DNA of 64,000 nucleotides from an uncultured Gammaproteobacteria bacterium (GCA_964538435.1 CAZIDX010000003.1:110039-174038); one strand, 5' to 3'. Shown: positions 12,870 through 22,929, counted from the stretch's first letter. Made by a program: numbers and translations. Notes: generated by a model not told the origin, from the letters alone.

Positions 12870-13757
12870 TTACCCCTGCGGTTTCGTGTCCTCCTCGCGG
12901 ATACGGAGTGCCCCCTCAATCAGGGTCTTGATCGGATCCGGTGCCCCTGAAGCCATGGTGGTCGCCTGGAGCCCAAGGAGCTCCTTCACACGTGCTCGTC
13001 GGCCAGCAACATGGTCATCATCCAACCCATGACAGCTGTAGATGACCTCCATTGCTGTCTCGTTCTGCTCAGCCGTCAAGTTGTGCTCGCGAAACAGCTC
13101 TTTTCGCCTGAGCGCAATCGAGGAGTCATCGAGCCCATGCTCGCGAAGAAGCTCGGCCTTCTTGCGTCTGAGCGAATCGAGATCGCACCCATTCTCGCGA
13201 GCGAGCGTGCCTCTACGCTGAGACACATTCCACTGGTCGATCTGCAGACGCTCCTGCACACGCCTTTCCATCAGGATCTGCACGAGCTTGAGCGCAAGCT
13301 CTACACCCACCACCACCTCACAAAGCAGGTAATGATGATTGTTACCAGCGTCATGTGGAGTCTTGTACTCATCGTTCCCCACCAGGAACGAAATGAACAG
13401 CCGGTACGAACTCGTCTGCTCCTCATCCCCTTCAGGACTGATCGCATGCACGCTGATCGTGTTGATCACAGGAAACGAGACAGGTGACGTTGTGATCGAA
13501 AGACTTGCGAAAGAATCCCTTCCGATTCGCGCCTTTCTCTCAGCTTCTCGAACAGCCGCCTGATGAGTCCTGGCAGCCTCCTGTACCTCCTCCGGAAACT
13601 CCTCGATCGGAATCTCCACCCCATCCTCGGTCTTGAATGTGAACACTACATCCACATCTTTGAGATCAAAATCCTCGACCTGAGGCTTGTGAGACCTGCT
13701 CTGTGGCCCACCCTTGTAAACCAACAGAAGCGCCAGTGGCCTTGCATTCTCAAACAT
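12870..13757 (-). CDS. hypothetical protein in a high-GC (~58%) island, with internal REHxL/DD helical repeats
   Basis: Start taken at MFENARPLALLLV. Repeated ...LLREHGLDDSSIALRRKELFREHNLTAEQ... It abuts tRNA-Leu(TAA). Confidence 0.4.
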   Translation of the reverse strand: MFENARPLALLLVYKGGPQSRSHKPQVEDFDLKDVDVVFTFKTEDGVEIPIEEFPEEVQEAARTHQAAVREAERKARIGRDSFASLSITTSPVSFPVINTISVHAISPEGDEEQTSSYRLFISFLVGNDEYKTPHDAGNNHHYLLCEVVVGVELALKLVQILMERRVQERLQIDQWNVSQRRGTLARENGCDLDSLRRKKAELLREHGLDDSSIALRRKELFREHNLTAEQNETAMEVIYSCHGLDDDHVAGRRARVKELLGLQATTMASGAPDPIKTLIEGALRIREEDTKPQG

Positions 13758-13859
13758 CTTCGTCCTCCCTTTCTTGGCTTCACAGACGTTAACACCACCC
13801 CAAACAAGCGTCAACAAACCCTTGATTTCACACGCTTTCTCTGTTACTCTTCCCGTCGA

Positions 13860-13946
13860 GGGCGAGTGCTGGAACTGGTAGACAGGAGGGACTTAAAATC
13901 CCTTGCAGGAAACTGCGTGCGGGTTCAATTCCCGCCTCGCCTACCA
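13860..13946 (+). tRNA. tRNA-Leu (anticodon TAA), long variable arm, CCA encoded
   Basis: gggcgagtgctggaactggtagacaggagggacttaaaatccct...gcgggttcaattcccgcctcgcctacca with a G1-U72 wobble. Confidence 0.85.
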
Positions 13947-14022
13947 AAAGACCGTTTGCAAATGCATGCGGTCTTTTAAGTTAGTTGCATGCTCTGGCCC
14001 CCTGCGTCATAATGAAGGCACT

Positions 14023-15039
14023 ATGATTGAACGCGACGAAATCGACCAGCCAAAACGAGTTACAGCAGCAGACGCCCCTGAAGAAGAGCGAGATTTTGAA
14101 GTTGGACTTCGCCCGCAATCACTCTCTGAATTCGTCGGGCAAGACGATATAAAGGAAAACCTCCACATCTTCATGGAGGCTGCAAAAAAACGCGAAGAAC
14201 CGATCGAGCACGTCCTCCTCTATGGCAACCCAGGACTCGGTAAGACAACACTTGCCCACATTATTGCAAACGAGATGGGCTCCCAGGTCCGCGTCACCTC
14301 AGGCCCAGCCCTCGAACGTGTCGGAGACCTCGCAGCCATCCTCTCCAACCTCGAACGTGGAGACATCCTCTTCATCGACGAGATTCACCGCATGAACAAA
14401 ACCATCGAAGAGGTCCTCTACCCAGCCATGGAAGACTATGCACTCGATATCATCGTTGGAAAAGGCCCGACTGCGCGCACACTTCGCCTCAACCTCGAAC
14501 GCTTCACCATCATCGGCGCCACCACTCGACTGTCTCTCCTCTCCTCTCCTCTCCGAGACCGCTTTGGCGCAACCTACCACCTTGATTTTTACAAAGACAA
14601 CCACATCGCCGACATCATCCGTCGCAGCTCAAAGCTTCTCGACACAAACGTGCACGACGATGCCGTCGATCTCCTCGCCTGCCGCTCCCGTCGCACCCCT
14701 CGAATCGCAAACCGCCTTCTCAAACGCGCGCGCGACTACGCACAAGTAAAATCAGATGGAAACGTAAGCACAAACACATGCCAAGGCGCGCTCGATCTAA
14801 TGCGAGTTGATCACAAAGGACTAGACCAAACCGATCGCCGCATTCTCGAAGCTATCATTCACAAATTTGGAGGTGGCCCCGTCGGACTCGGCACCATCGC
14901 AGCAGCCACACAGGAGGAAATCCAAACCATCGAAGACATTCACGAACCCTTCCTCATCCAAATCGGATTTCTCCAGCGCACAGCCCGCGGTCGCATCGCA
15001 ACAGACCACGCCTACAAACACCTGAACGAAAACAACTAA
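14023..15039 (+). CDS. ruvB: Holliday junction branch migration ATPase RuvB
   Basis: LLYGNPGLGKTTLAHIIANEMG (Walker A), DEIHRMNK, sensor and arginine motifs. The start was moved to MIERDE because the ORF-track start overlaps the tRNA. Confidence 0.9.
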   Translation: MIERDEIDQPKRVTAADAPEEERDFEVGLRPQSLSEFVGQDDIKENLHIFMEAAKKREEPIEHVLLYGNPGLGKTTLAHIIANEMGSQVRVTSGPALERVGDLAAILSNLERGDILFIDEIHRMNKTIEEVLYPAMEDYALDIIVGKGPTARTLRLNLERFTIIGATTRLSLLSSPLRDRFGATYHLDFYKDNHIADIIRRSSKLLDTNVHDDAVDLLACRSRRTPRIANRLLKRARDYAQVKSDGNVSTNTCQGALDLMRVDHKGLDQTDRRILEAIIHKFGGGPVGLGTIAAATQEEIQTIEDIHEPFLIQIGFLQRTARGRIATDHAYKHLNENN

Positions 15040-15093
15040 CAAGAAACAAACAAAAGCCCCAAACAGGGGCTCTTGTGATACAATATTGTTGAT

Positions 15094-15378
15094 ATGTTTG
15101 ACATGCCATCAATCAGCATTCCAATCGCTGTATTCCTCATCGTCTACGGTGCATACATGCTGTTTTACATTCTCTACAGTCTCTTCAACATCTACCACCT
15201 TGTTCGCTACGGAATCTACGGCTTTGGACTGTACGTAATCGTAACAGTGTTTGCTGGTGGAACCATCCTTCTTATTGGTGCATCTCTTTTCATGCTCATG
15301 GAATACGACTGGAGTATGCCAATCAGCCTAGGGAGTGCTGTTGAATATTATAACGAAGATCTCTTTCCTGGCTTATGA
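15094..15378 (+). CDS. small two-TM membrane protein
   Basis: 94 aa with two hydrophobic helices. Its stop overlaps the next start (ATGA). Confidence 0.4.
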   Translation: MFDMPSISIPIAVFLIVYGAYMLFYILYSLFNIYHLVRYGIYGFGLYVIVTVFAGGTILLIGASLFMLMEYDWSMPISLGSAVEYYNEDLFPGL

Positions 15379-15956
15379 TGCGACTTGACCATCTCCCAAA
15401 CCAAAGAGACAACGAAAAAGTTGTGCTGTTCTTGCGCAGACATTGGTTTGCACTCCTCTCCATCGTAACAGCATTCTTGGTCCTCACGATTCTTCCGGGT
15501 GTTATTATCTGGTACTTCTGGGACACTGTCACAATCTGGCTTGAGCATCCAATGATCGGCCCACTCTTTGTCATAGTGTCAAGTATCTACTTCCTCTCAG
15601 TTTGGTTGTTTGCCTTCCTCGAGTTCACCGACTACTACCTAGACACCTGGATTGTCACAAACGAACGCATCATCAACATCGAACAAGAAGGTCTGTTCAA
15701 CCGCATCGCCTCAGAACTCGACCTGGCAGCTGTTCAAGATACCACCGCAGAAATCCACGGCATCATCCAAACCGTTTTTACCTACGGACAAGTCTATGTC
15801 CAAACAGCTGGTGAGCGCGGACGCTTCCACTTCAAAAACATCGACAACCCAGAACACGTAAAAGAGCTTGTCACAAAGCTCGTAGAAGAAGACAAAAAAC
15901 GCCTCAGCGCCATGGGAGGAACAGGAAAAGGAAAAATCAAATCTACAGTAAAATGA
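15375..15956 (+). CDS. membrane protein with a bacterial PH-like (bPH_2/DUF304) domain
   Basis: Two N-terminal TM helices, then ...ERIINIEQEGLFNRIASELDLAAVQDTT...GQVYVQTAGERGRFHFKNIDNPEHV..., typical of YdbT-like bPH_2 proteins. Confidence 0.5.
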   Translation: MMRLDHLPNQRDNEKVVLFLRRHWFALLSIVTAFLVLTILPGVIIWYFWDTVTIWLEHPMIGPLFVIVSSIYFLSVWLFAFLEFTDYYLDTWIVTNERIINIEQEGLFNRIASELDLAAVQDTTAEIHGIIQTVFTYGQVYVQTAGERGRFHFKNIDNPEHVKELVTKLVEEDKKRLSAMGGTGKGKIKSTVK

Positions 15957-15959
15957 CAA

Positions 15960-15988
15960 AAAAACAGGAGCCAACCTCCTGTTTTTTG
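15960..15988 (+). terminator. rho-independent terminator acaggagccaacctcctgtttttt
   Basis: 7-bp stem plus T6. Confidence 0.7.
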
Positions 15989-16048
15989 ATTCAGCTCTTG
16001 ACGAATAACCACCCCACCGCTAACCTCCTTCCCTAGGAGGTGACGCAA

Positions 16049-16408
16049 GTGCAGACCGTCTTTCTGCTCCACTGGCAGGGTCAGCGTCCAACCAAGGAAG
16101 AGCTCCAGATGGCGCTCGAGGACTACATCGGCACCGGGGGTGTCCGAGGAAGTATTGCCGAGGTTCGAAAAACCGACGTCGGCATCGTGATCAACATCCA
16201 AGGGCGCTCAAGCCACCCGCTCAAGCGAATCGGCAAGCCCAAATTCTCACCCAACGACCTAACAGTCGCACGCACGTTCCGTGTACTCTGGAATGAGAAC
16301 GGGTTCGAGCTGAGCTGCATGGACAAGTCCGACCCCATCACCATTGCGATCATGCAGGGCTTCGCGCGCTTCTGTCTCGCATACTGGGAAATGCGCGCGC
16401 AGGAGTAA
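16049..16408 (+). CDS. hypothetical protein, high-GC (~58%) single-gene insertion
   Basis: GTG start 9 nt after a GGAGG RBS. A TTGACG promoter-like element lies upstream, and the hairpin aagaggtctaacacctctt lies downstream. Confidence 0.4.
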   Translation: MQTVFLLHWQGQRPTKEELQMALEDYIGTGGVRGSIAEVRKTDVGIVINIQGRSSHPLKRIGKPKFSPNDLTVARTFRVLWNENGFELSCMDKSDPITIAIMQGFARFCLAYWEMRAQE

Positions 16409-16468
16409 CCAAAAAAGAGGTCTAACACCTCTTCTAACTCCGGTATCAACCGGAGTTTTCTAATTTGT

Positions 16469-17539
16469 TTATTCTACTGACTGCCAGTCATGCACTTCCC
16501 ACGCCCAGTCCGCTAGTGCATTCGCATCCTCAAACGAGGCTGATCTCGATTCCGCTCCAAACACCACAATCAAAAGCTCTTCATCAGTCTGCCACGCACT
16601 CGGCCTAAGTGACACCACCAAATTCCACCCAGACTCAATAAGATACCCCGTCTTCCCACCTGTCACATACACATCATCATACTCACTCTTCCAGAGCATC
16701 CAGTTTGTATTTGTCAGATACTTACTCGTCCCCTGTGAGAGCACATCAACATACACACTTGCTGTTGTGCTAAAACGCCGAATATCATCCTGCGCCAAAA
16801 TATCACGAGCAAGCCGTGCCATCTCACGCGCAGTCGACACATTCCCCAGCTCAATCCCAGTTGGATCCACAAACTCAGTCTTTGTAAGATTAAGAGCTTC
16901 AGCACGATCATTCATGAGCTCAAGAAAATACTCTGATGAATACCCACATGTGCGCGAAAGCGCATTCGCAGCATTATTCGCACTAGCAACAAGCGTCGAG
17001 TAAAAAAGATCCTCAATCGTAAACGTATCACCATCCTCAACCCAAAGCCGAGCTCCACCCACATTATCACTATTTAGAACACTCCCAACCGAACTCATGC
17101 TCACCCCCTCATCTAAAACCACATCAGCAGTCACAAGCTTTGTAAGTGACGCAATCGGCCACTGACGGTTTTCTTGCTTCACTGTCAAAATCTTCCCAGT
17201 CGACCTGTCCATCACAACATATGCAGTTGACCCAATCTGTGCCTCAATCTCATCCATACTCACCCGCTCAGGCACTCCATCCCCGCTCTCAGGTCCGTAC
17301 GACCGAAGCTCCTCATGCTCTGCCCAACCATACTGACGCGCCCAATCTTCAAGATCAAGTAAGAACCCTGCTGCCGTTCCTGGCACAGCTAAACCTGTCT
17401 CAGGCTCAAACGCAACCTGCAAATCACCCCGTTGCTCATAAACCCCCCAAAGCACATCCGAGTCAGAAGCCAAAACCGTCGCAGGTAAAACCGCGACGAT
17501 TATTGCAAATGATAATGTAGCAAATCTCCTTACTCCCAT
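16469..17539 (-). CDS. D-alanyl-D-alanine carboxypeptidase (peptidase S11, PBP5-like)
   Basis: Signal peptide, SLTK (SxxK), SAN (SxN) and KTG motifs. Confidence 0.75.
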   Translation of the reverse strand: MGVRRFATLSFAIIVAVLPATVLASDSDVLWGVYEQRGDLQVAFEPETGLAVPGTAAGFLLDLEDWARQYGWAEHEELRSYGPESGDGVPERVSMDEIEAQIGSTAYVVMDRSTGKILTVKQENRQWPIASLTKLVTADVVLDEGVSMSSVGSVLNSDNVGGARLWVEDGDTFTIEDLFYSTLVASANNAANALSRTCGYSSEYFLELMNDRAEALNLTKTEFVDPTGIELGNVSTAREMARLARDILAQDDIRRFSTTASVYVDVLSQGTSKYLTNTNWMLWKSEYDDVYVTGGKTGYLIESGWNLVVSLRPSAWQTDEELLIVVFGAESRSASFEDANALADWAWEVHDWQSVE

Positions 17540-19428
17540 CGCCGTGTCAAATCAATATCTGTGTAGAAATAATGCAAAATATCTTCCCAACTGTCTCCCT
17601 CTTCTGCCATATCAAGCGCCTCAGTCGCGCTCATTCCAACTCCATGCCCCCAAAGCGTACGCCCAGCAGCAGCATCATGCGGAGTCGGCACTCCTTTACA
17701 CCAAGCCACTTCTCCACCCCAAACCTCAGACCAGTCACGAGTACGCCCGTCTGACCTGGAGAAGTACGGCGTAATTGCCGTAGCATTGTTATAACTCACT
17801 GTCACTCCCCTTGTATCCTCTACAGAATCCTTAATCGATGGATGACGATTCTCGTACTCATATCCCTTATATACTTGATCATCCGCGTAGGCATTCATGT
17901 GAAAATACCCACGATGCTTAGAATTTCGTTCAAAATGATAAAGCGCGTATGTCCGAGCAACGGTCATCAATGTCTTTTTAAACTCCTCATGAGAATAATC
18001 AGACGTCTCAGCCAAACCATAAAGATACTCTTCAACCGGAAGCTCGTTGATCACCCAAACCTCATCTTTATACGGAATATACTGAAGCTCAAGCGTGTCG
18101 CGGAACGTATTATCAGCATACGCAGCATTGCGCGTTGCGCGCCTGTCAAAATTCTCAATCTCACAAATCGCATCCTCGCTACCAGGCACAAATCTCAAAT
18201 ACTTATGTGTCTCTTCAATGCCCTGCCCACGATTAAAGTAGTATCGCTGATTCTTGTAAAACGCACGCACAGACTCATTTGTCTCCATTACACCAAGCAA
18301 TCCACCCTCACTATCCTCAAGCCGCCAGTCAGTATTACAACTAATCTCTGTCACCCAATCCGTTTCCTCATCAATAGTAAGGAGTCCAATGCGAACAATT
18401 GGCTCGTCAATCACACGATCAGCCTGAATCGTTGACTCATCAACCGTAACCTCTTCATCAATAATTGTTGCAGCGCCACTTGTAACCTCAACTGGAATGT
18501 CGATATAAAAATCTGGAACAACAGCATCGTTCACAGCTAACCGATATTGAACCGTATGACTCCCTCGTGTTGACGGAGCACTAAACGTAAACTTAAGAAA
18601 ATCAAGCGCACCAGGTTTCACACTTCCTGAATCATTCACAACAAGCTGAGTAGAGCTTGCCCATGATGAATGCTCTGTGTCTGCAGAAGCAATAGCATAA
18701 TCCCCTGTCACAACCTCTCTCGTGCTCCATGTAGCTGTTCCTGTATTCTTCACACCTACCGTATAAGAAATCTCCTCTCCAGCCTTTGCTCGAATCGTAT
18801 CTTTAGACGAGCGAAGCAGGATCATGGCTGAAAGACCGTCAGTTTCAGGAGAAGCCTCTCCATCTGTTGTACTTGAACTTGAAGACGATGAGCTAGAACT
18901 ACTTGCCTCCTCTGTCTCACCCACATCAATCACGAGCGTAAACTCTCCACCTGGAATCCAAGTCGTATCCTCAGCTGCCAAATAAAATGTTTCTTCGTAT
19001 CGCCCTTCATGCTGCGGGGCTTCAAGAGTCAAATAAACGTGCCCAATCTGCCCGACAGCAACTGACGACTCATGCAAAAGCGCAGCCTGTGTCCAGTCCT
19101 CCCAATCATCAGCCTCAAAATCAGAATACCGATACTTAGGGTTATAGGTATAGATCGATACATAGGATGAACCCGAGTTCGCCCATGTCTTCTCCCCAAT
19201 ATTCTGGAAGCCGATCATGACCTGTTGTGTACCACCAGGCTCCATTGAGAAACCTTGTTTTGGAGCAATAACCTGAAGCGCCTCAAAACCTTTTTTTGAT
19301 GCCGCCTCAGCTGAATGTGAAAATAAAAAGATCCCAACAATCGCAAGGACAAGCCCAAACACAACCAATAATGATCGTGTGGCTCTTCCCCGAGATGCAT
19401 GAGATTCTCTGGTAAGAAGAATTGTCAT
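17530..19428 (-). CDS. SpoIID/LytB-domain protein with N-terminal Ig/CARDB-like domains and a poly-Ser linker
   Basis: C-terminal ...YLYGLAETS..FKKTLMTVARTYALYH...HMNAYADDQVYKGY... is the SpoIID amidase-enhancer signature. The gene overlaps dacB by 10 nt, suggesting an operon. Confidence 0.7.
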   Translation of the reverse strand: MTILLTRESHASRGRATRSLLVVFGLVLAIVGIFLFSHSAEAASKKGFEALQVIAPKQGFSMEPGGTQQVMIGFQNIGEKTWANSGSSYVSIYTYNPKYRYSDFEADDWEDWTQAALLHESSVAVGQIGHVYLTLEAPQHEGRYEETFYLAAEDTTWIPGGEFTLVIDVGETEEASSSSSSSSSSSTTDGEASPETDGLSAMILLRSSKDTIRAKAGEEISYTVGVKNTGTATWSTREVVTGDYAIASADTEHSSWASSTQLVVNDSGSVKPGALDFLKFTFSAPSTRGSHTVQYRLAVNDAVVPDFYIDIPVEVTSGAATIIDEEVTVDESTIQADRVIDEPIVRIGLLTIDEETDWVTEISCNTDWRLEDSEGGLLGVMETNESVRAFYKNQRYYFNRGQGIEETHKYLRFVPGSEDAICEIENFDRRATRNAAYADNTFRDTLELQYIPYKDEVWVINELPVEEYLYGLAETSDYSHEEFKKTLMTVARTYALYHFERNSKHRGYFHMNAYADDQVYKGYEYENRHPSIKDSVEDTRGVTVSYNNATAITPYFSRSDGRTRDWSEVWGGEVAWCKGVPTPHDAAAGRTLWGHGVGMSATEALDMAEEGDSWEDILHYFYTDIDLTRRWE

Positions 19429-19507
19429 ATTTCAAAGAAATTTTACCATTTTTTCACCCCTCAAACAATTCACAGTTTATCAACGTTTCTGTTACACTAT
19501 AGTCACT

Positions 19508-20932
19508 ATGATTTCAGCCCGATCTTTAGCCTCAAACTTCTCAATTCAGCTCGTTGGAAAGGCTCTCTCCGTCCTGGTGGGGCTCTTTGCGATCGCAATC
19601 ATTACACGTGTTCTTGGAACAGAAAGTTTTGGTGAGTACACCACAGCCGTCACCTACCTACAGATGTTTGGAGTGGTTGTTGACTTTGGTCTCACCCTCA
19701 CACTCGTTGTGATGATCTCAGAAAAAGGCGTGGACGAAGAACGTGTGGTCGGTAACTTCTTTGGGCTCAGGCTTGTTTCTGGTTTCCTGCTCTTTAGCCT
19801 GGCCCCACTCTCAGTCCTTGCCCTCCCCTATTCAAGCGTTGTGCAACAAGCTGTACTCATCGGAGCACTTGCATACTTCCTGATGGGTGGCGCAACCATG
19901 CTCGTTGGAATCTTCCAGCGCCACGAAAGCATGTGGCGAGCAGCATTAGCTGAGCTCATAAACCGAATCGTGCTCCTGCTCTTTGTCTGTTTTTTTGCAT
20001 GGCTAAGACCTGGAGTTGTAGAAATGATCCTGGCAGCTGTAATCGCAAACGCCATCTGGCTCTTTGCCATGATCCGCCTTGCAAAACCTTTTGTAAACGT
20101 ATCACCACGCTTTGAATGGAAATTTTGGAAAACCATCTTTTCCAGATCTTGGCCAATTGCCCTCTCAATTATCTTTAACCTGCTCTACCTTAAAGGTGAC
20201 ATTCTTTTCCTGGCCTATTTCCGTGAAAACTCAGAAGTAGGACTCTACGGAGTCGCATACAGAATCTTGGATGTGCTCACAGTACTCCCAGTCATGTTCA
20301 TGGGGCTCGTGCTCCCAAGCCTGGTGGCGGCGTGGAGCGCAAACAAGGTGAATGAATTCCGACGTCGCACAGCAAAAACATTCGACATCTTCATGCTCGC
20401 TATTATACCTATCGTTATTGGAGCCCAAGTCGTTGCATCTGAACTAACCATTCTAATCGCTGGAAAAGATTTCGTTGAAGCCGGACCTGTGCTCGCCTTA
20501 CTCACCCTCGCACTCATCGGGGTCTTTATCGGAGCACTGTACGGCCACCTCATCGTTGCCATCAACAAACAACGCGTCATGCTTTGGGGCTATCTCTTTG
20601 TAGCAATCCTCTCAGTCATCGGCTACCTCTGGCTGATTCCAGATTACGGAATGTGGGGAGCCGTCTGGGTAACACTTTTCTCTGAAGCTGTAATCTCAAT
20701 CCTGACTTTCACCGTTGTCTATCGCGTAACAGGAGCAAAACCAAATCTCACCGTCGCGCTCAAAGCACTCATCGCTGGAATCTTTATGTACGGAATTCTT
20801 CGAGCGCTCCCTCATATGCATATTGTTTTTGATATTCTCATCGGTGCAATCACTTACCTGGCAGCGACGCTCACCCTCAAAGCCATCAGCATCTCTGAAA
20901 TCAAGACTCTACTCAAAGGACAAGCTGTATGA
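19508..20932 (+). CDS. MOP-superfamily oligosaccharide flippase (Wzx-like)
   Basis: 474 aa, ~12-14 TM helices; the N-terminal ...QLVGKALSVLVGLFAIAIITRVLG is typical of polysaccharide-biosynthesis flippases. Confidence 0.75.
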   Translation: MISARSLASNFSIQLVGKALSVLVGLFAIAIITRVLGTESFGEYTTAVTYLQMFGVVVDFGLTLTLVVMISEKGVDEERVVGNFFGLRLVSGFLLFSLAPLSVLALPYSSVVQQAVLIGALAYFLMGGATMLVGIFQRHESMWRAALAELINRIVLLLFVCFFAWLRPGVVEMILAAVIANAIWLFAMIRLAKPFVNVSPRFEWKFWKTIFSRSWPIALSIIFNLLYLKGDILFLAYFRENSEVGLYGVAYRILDVLTVLPVMFMGLVLPSLVAAWSANKVNEFRRRTAKTFDIFMLAIIPIVIGAQVVASELTILIAGKDFVEAGPVLALLTLALIGVFIGALYGHLIVAINKQRVMLWGYLFVAILSVIGYLWLIPDYGMWGAVWVTLFSEAVISILTFTVVYRVTGAKPNLTVALKALIAGIFMYGILRALPHMHIVFDILIGAITYLAATLTLKAISISEIKTLLKGQAV

Positions 20933-22143
20933 TCACGCTCATCTACTTTTTACTGGCCTTTGCCTACGCAGGAATCTCTTGGATGAACTCACGCATTGGG
21001 CTAATACTCCTAGTAGCCGTTCTCCCATCCTACCTGCTGCGTTTTGAACTGTTTGGCATCCCATCCACCCTGCTCGAGCTTCTCGTACTCGGGTTTTTAC
21101 TTACATGGATCCTGAAAAACCGCTCTCAAATCAAAGAGCTCTTCAAACTTCCAGAGCTCCTGAAACTGGCAATTATCCTGTTTGTAATCGCAGGAATCAT
21201 AGGAATCGGCGTAGCCCCAGACACCCTCTCTGCTCTTGGCACATTCAAAGCCTACCTGCTTGAACCAATCCTTCTCTTCCTCATCGTGCGCCTTGAGCTT
21301 CTAAACAAACGCGTAAGCGCAAACGATCTTTTTGCTGCACTTGGTTTGTCTGCGATCATTTTGAGTCTCGTGGCATTCGCGCAAAAACTCACAGGGCTCG
21401 GCATTCCTGCCCCATGGGATATTGAGGGGAGAGTCACAAGCGTATTTGATTACCCAAACGCCCTTGGTCTCTACCTAGGTCCAATCATTGTAATCGCATT
21501 GCTCAAAATCAAAGACAGAAAAAATTGGATGCTTTGGATTCCAGCAGCTGTTTTCTCCATCCGAGCAATCACCCTCTCTCAATCTGAAGCTGCAATTGTC
21601 GCTGTAATAGCCACCATCCTTCTTGCAGGACTCGTTCACTGTCGCACACGAATCTTTGCAATCGCAATCACAGCGCTCTTGCTCGTGGCTGTGCTCCTAT
21701 CTCCTGCCCTTCAATCCAAACTCACACTACAAGACTACTCAGGTGGCGTGCGCCTATCCCAATGGGAAGAAACAACCGAAATGCTCAGAAGCAACTGGGT
21801 GTTTGGCGCGGGACTAAACGGATACCCTGAGGCTCTTGAGCCTTACCACACCGCAACTCACTACGAAATTTTCCAATACCCACATAATTTCATCTTCAAT
21901 ATCTGGACTGAACTAGGAATCCTGGGGCTTATTGCATTCGTAGTACTAACACTCGCAATCCTCAAAACCACTCATCGCTCATCGCTCATCGCTCATCGCT
22001 ACATTGCCTTTTTCGCACTCATCGAGATAACGATTCACGGTCTCGTTGATGTTCCTTATTTTAAAAACGACCTTGCGATACTGACATGGGTCCTAATCGC
22101 AATCCTCTATGCCAATGCTTGCCAGAAAACTCGTTCGAAGTAA
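20929..22143 (+). CDS. O-antigen ligase/polymerase-like (Wzy_C) membrane protein
   Basis: Polytopic protein with a large periplasmic loop (...AITLSQSEAAIVAVIATILLAGL...). It contains a 7-nt x4 tandem repeat at 21971-22000. Confidence 0.7.
   Translation: MITLIYFLLAFAYAGISWMNSRIGLILLVAVLPSYLLRFELFGIPSTLLELLVLGFLLTWILKNRSQIKELFKLPELLKLAIILFVIAGIIGIGVAPDTLSALGTFKAYLLEPILLFLIVRLELLNKRVSANDLFAALGLSAIILSLVAFAQKLTGLGIPAPWDIEGRVTSVFDYPNALGLYLGPIIVIALLKIKDRKNWMLWIPAAVFSIRAITLSQSEAAIVAVIATILLAGLVHCRTRIFAIAITALLLVAVLLSPALQSKLTLQDYSGGVRLSQWEETTEMLRSNWVFGAGLNGYPEALEPYHTATHYEIFQYPHNFIFNIWTELGILGLIAFVVLTLAILKTTHRSSLIAHRYIAFFALIEITIHGLVDVPYFKNDLAILTWVLIAILYANACQKTRSK
21971..22000 (+). repeat. tandem heptanucleotide repeat (ctcatcg)x4 inside the ligase-like CDS
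   Basis: cactcatcgctcatcgctcatcgctcatcgcta; the unit length is not a multiple of 3. Confidence 0.9.
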
Positions 22144-22765
22144 ACTCAAGACCTCAGGAGATGGTTCTGGGTGCGCAATCCCAGTCCTTGTCATCATTAT
22201 TGCCGCCACGATTATCCTAAGGCTCATCACCTGGCTTCAAGACCCTGCTCCTATTCCTCTCCTTCCAGAAGCAGAGGGAATTGTGCGACTGGAATACACC
22301 GAAGACGTCGCCTCTTACACAGATACAGATTTTCTTCTTCCAATGGAAACCTACGGAGCCGAGCTCCAAGCCATTGCAGTCTACACCGAGCCAAACGACC
22401 TCCTTCCAGTAGGAACAGTCTCTCTGGTTTATGTGCGCGACGGTTGGCGCTTTGTACAAATCGACTACAGACCAAGCACCTACCTTGAAGAATACGAACC
22501 TGGACTCAAAAAATTCCAAACTGAAGAACTTTGGATCAGTGACTACAACCCAGCTCTAATTGCAGACATCTGGGACTTCCCATCATGCCTCGAGTCAGAG
22601 GTTGAGGGATTCCCTGGAAAGTGCGAATTTACAAACCAGCTCTATTTCAACGACCACAGCATTCTTGTCTCTGTCTCAGTCGATGGAAACCACGCAACAC
22701 GGGGCGAGCTCATCGGCATCGCACAATCCATAGCAAACCACCGCATCCTACTCACCGAACCTTAA
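22109..22765 (+). CDS. hypothetical membrane-anchored protein
   Basis: 218 aa with an N-terminal TM (VLVIIIAATIILRLITWL). It overlaps the end of the ligase-like gene. Confidence 0.4.
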   Translation: MPMLARKLVRSKLKTSGDGSGCAIPVLVIIIAATIILRLITWLQDPAPIPLLPEAEGIVRLEYTEDVASYTDTDFLLPMETYGAELQAIAVYTEPNDLLPVGTVSLVYVRDGWRFVQIDYRPSTYLEEYEPGLKKFQTEELWISDYNPALIADIWDFPSCLESEVEGFPGKCEFTNQLYFNDHSILVSVSVDGNHATRGELIGIAQSIANHRILLTEP

Positions 22766-22903
22766 AAAAGGCACCATTATGCAAGCTATTTTCTCTGATT
22801 TTCGCTTCTGGATATTCGCCTTCATCACCTTTGCAGCCATTATCTTTATCCTCTTTCACATTTCCAGACCATAACTGTCCACCGCGTCCACAGGGCGCGG
22901 TTT

Positions 22904-22929
22904 TTGGATCAATGCAAATCCGCTATAAT
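22904..22929 (+). promoter_or_regulatory. sigma70-like promoter candidate (TTGGAT ... TATAAT) upstream of galU
   Basis: ttggatcaatgcaaatccgctataat; the 14-nt spacer is short. Confidence 0.3.

Noticed and set aside
13903-14022. ORF-track start of ruvB at 13903
   Set aside because: It overlaps tRNA-Leu(TAA). The RuvB homology starts at MIERDE (14023).
17842-18435. 197-aa plus-strand ORF
   Set aside because: It lies inside and antisense to the SpoIID/LytB gene.
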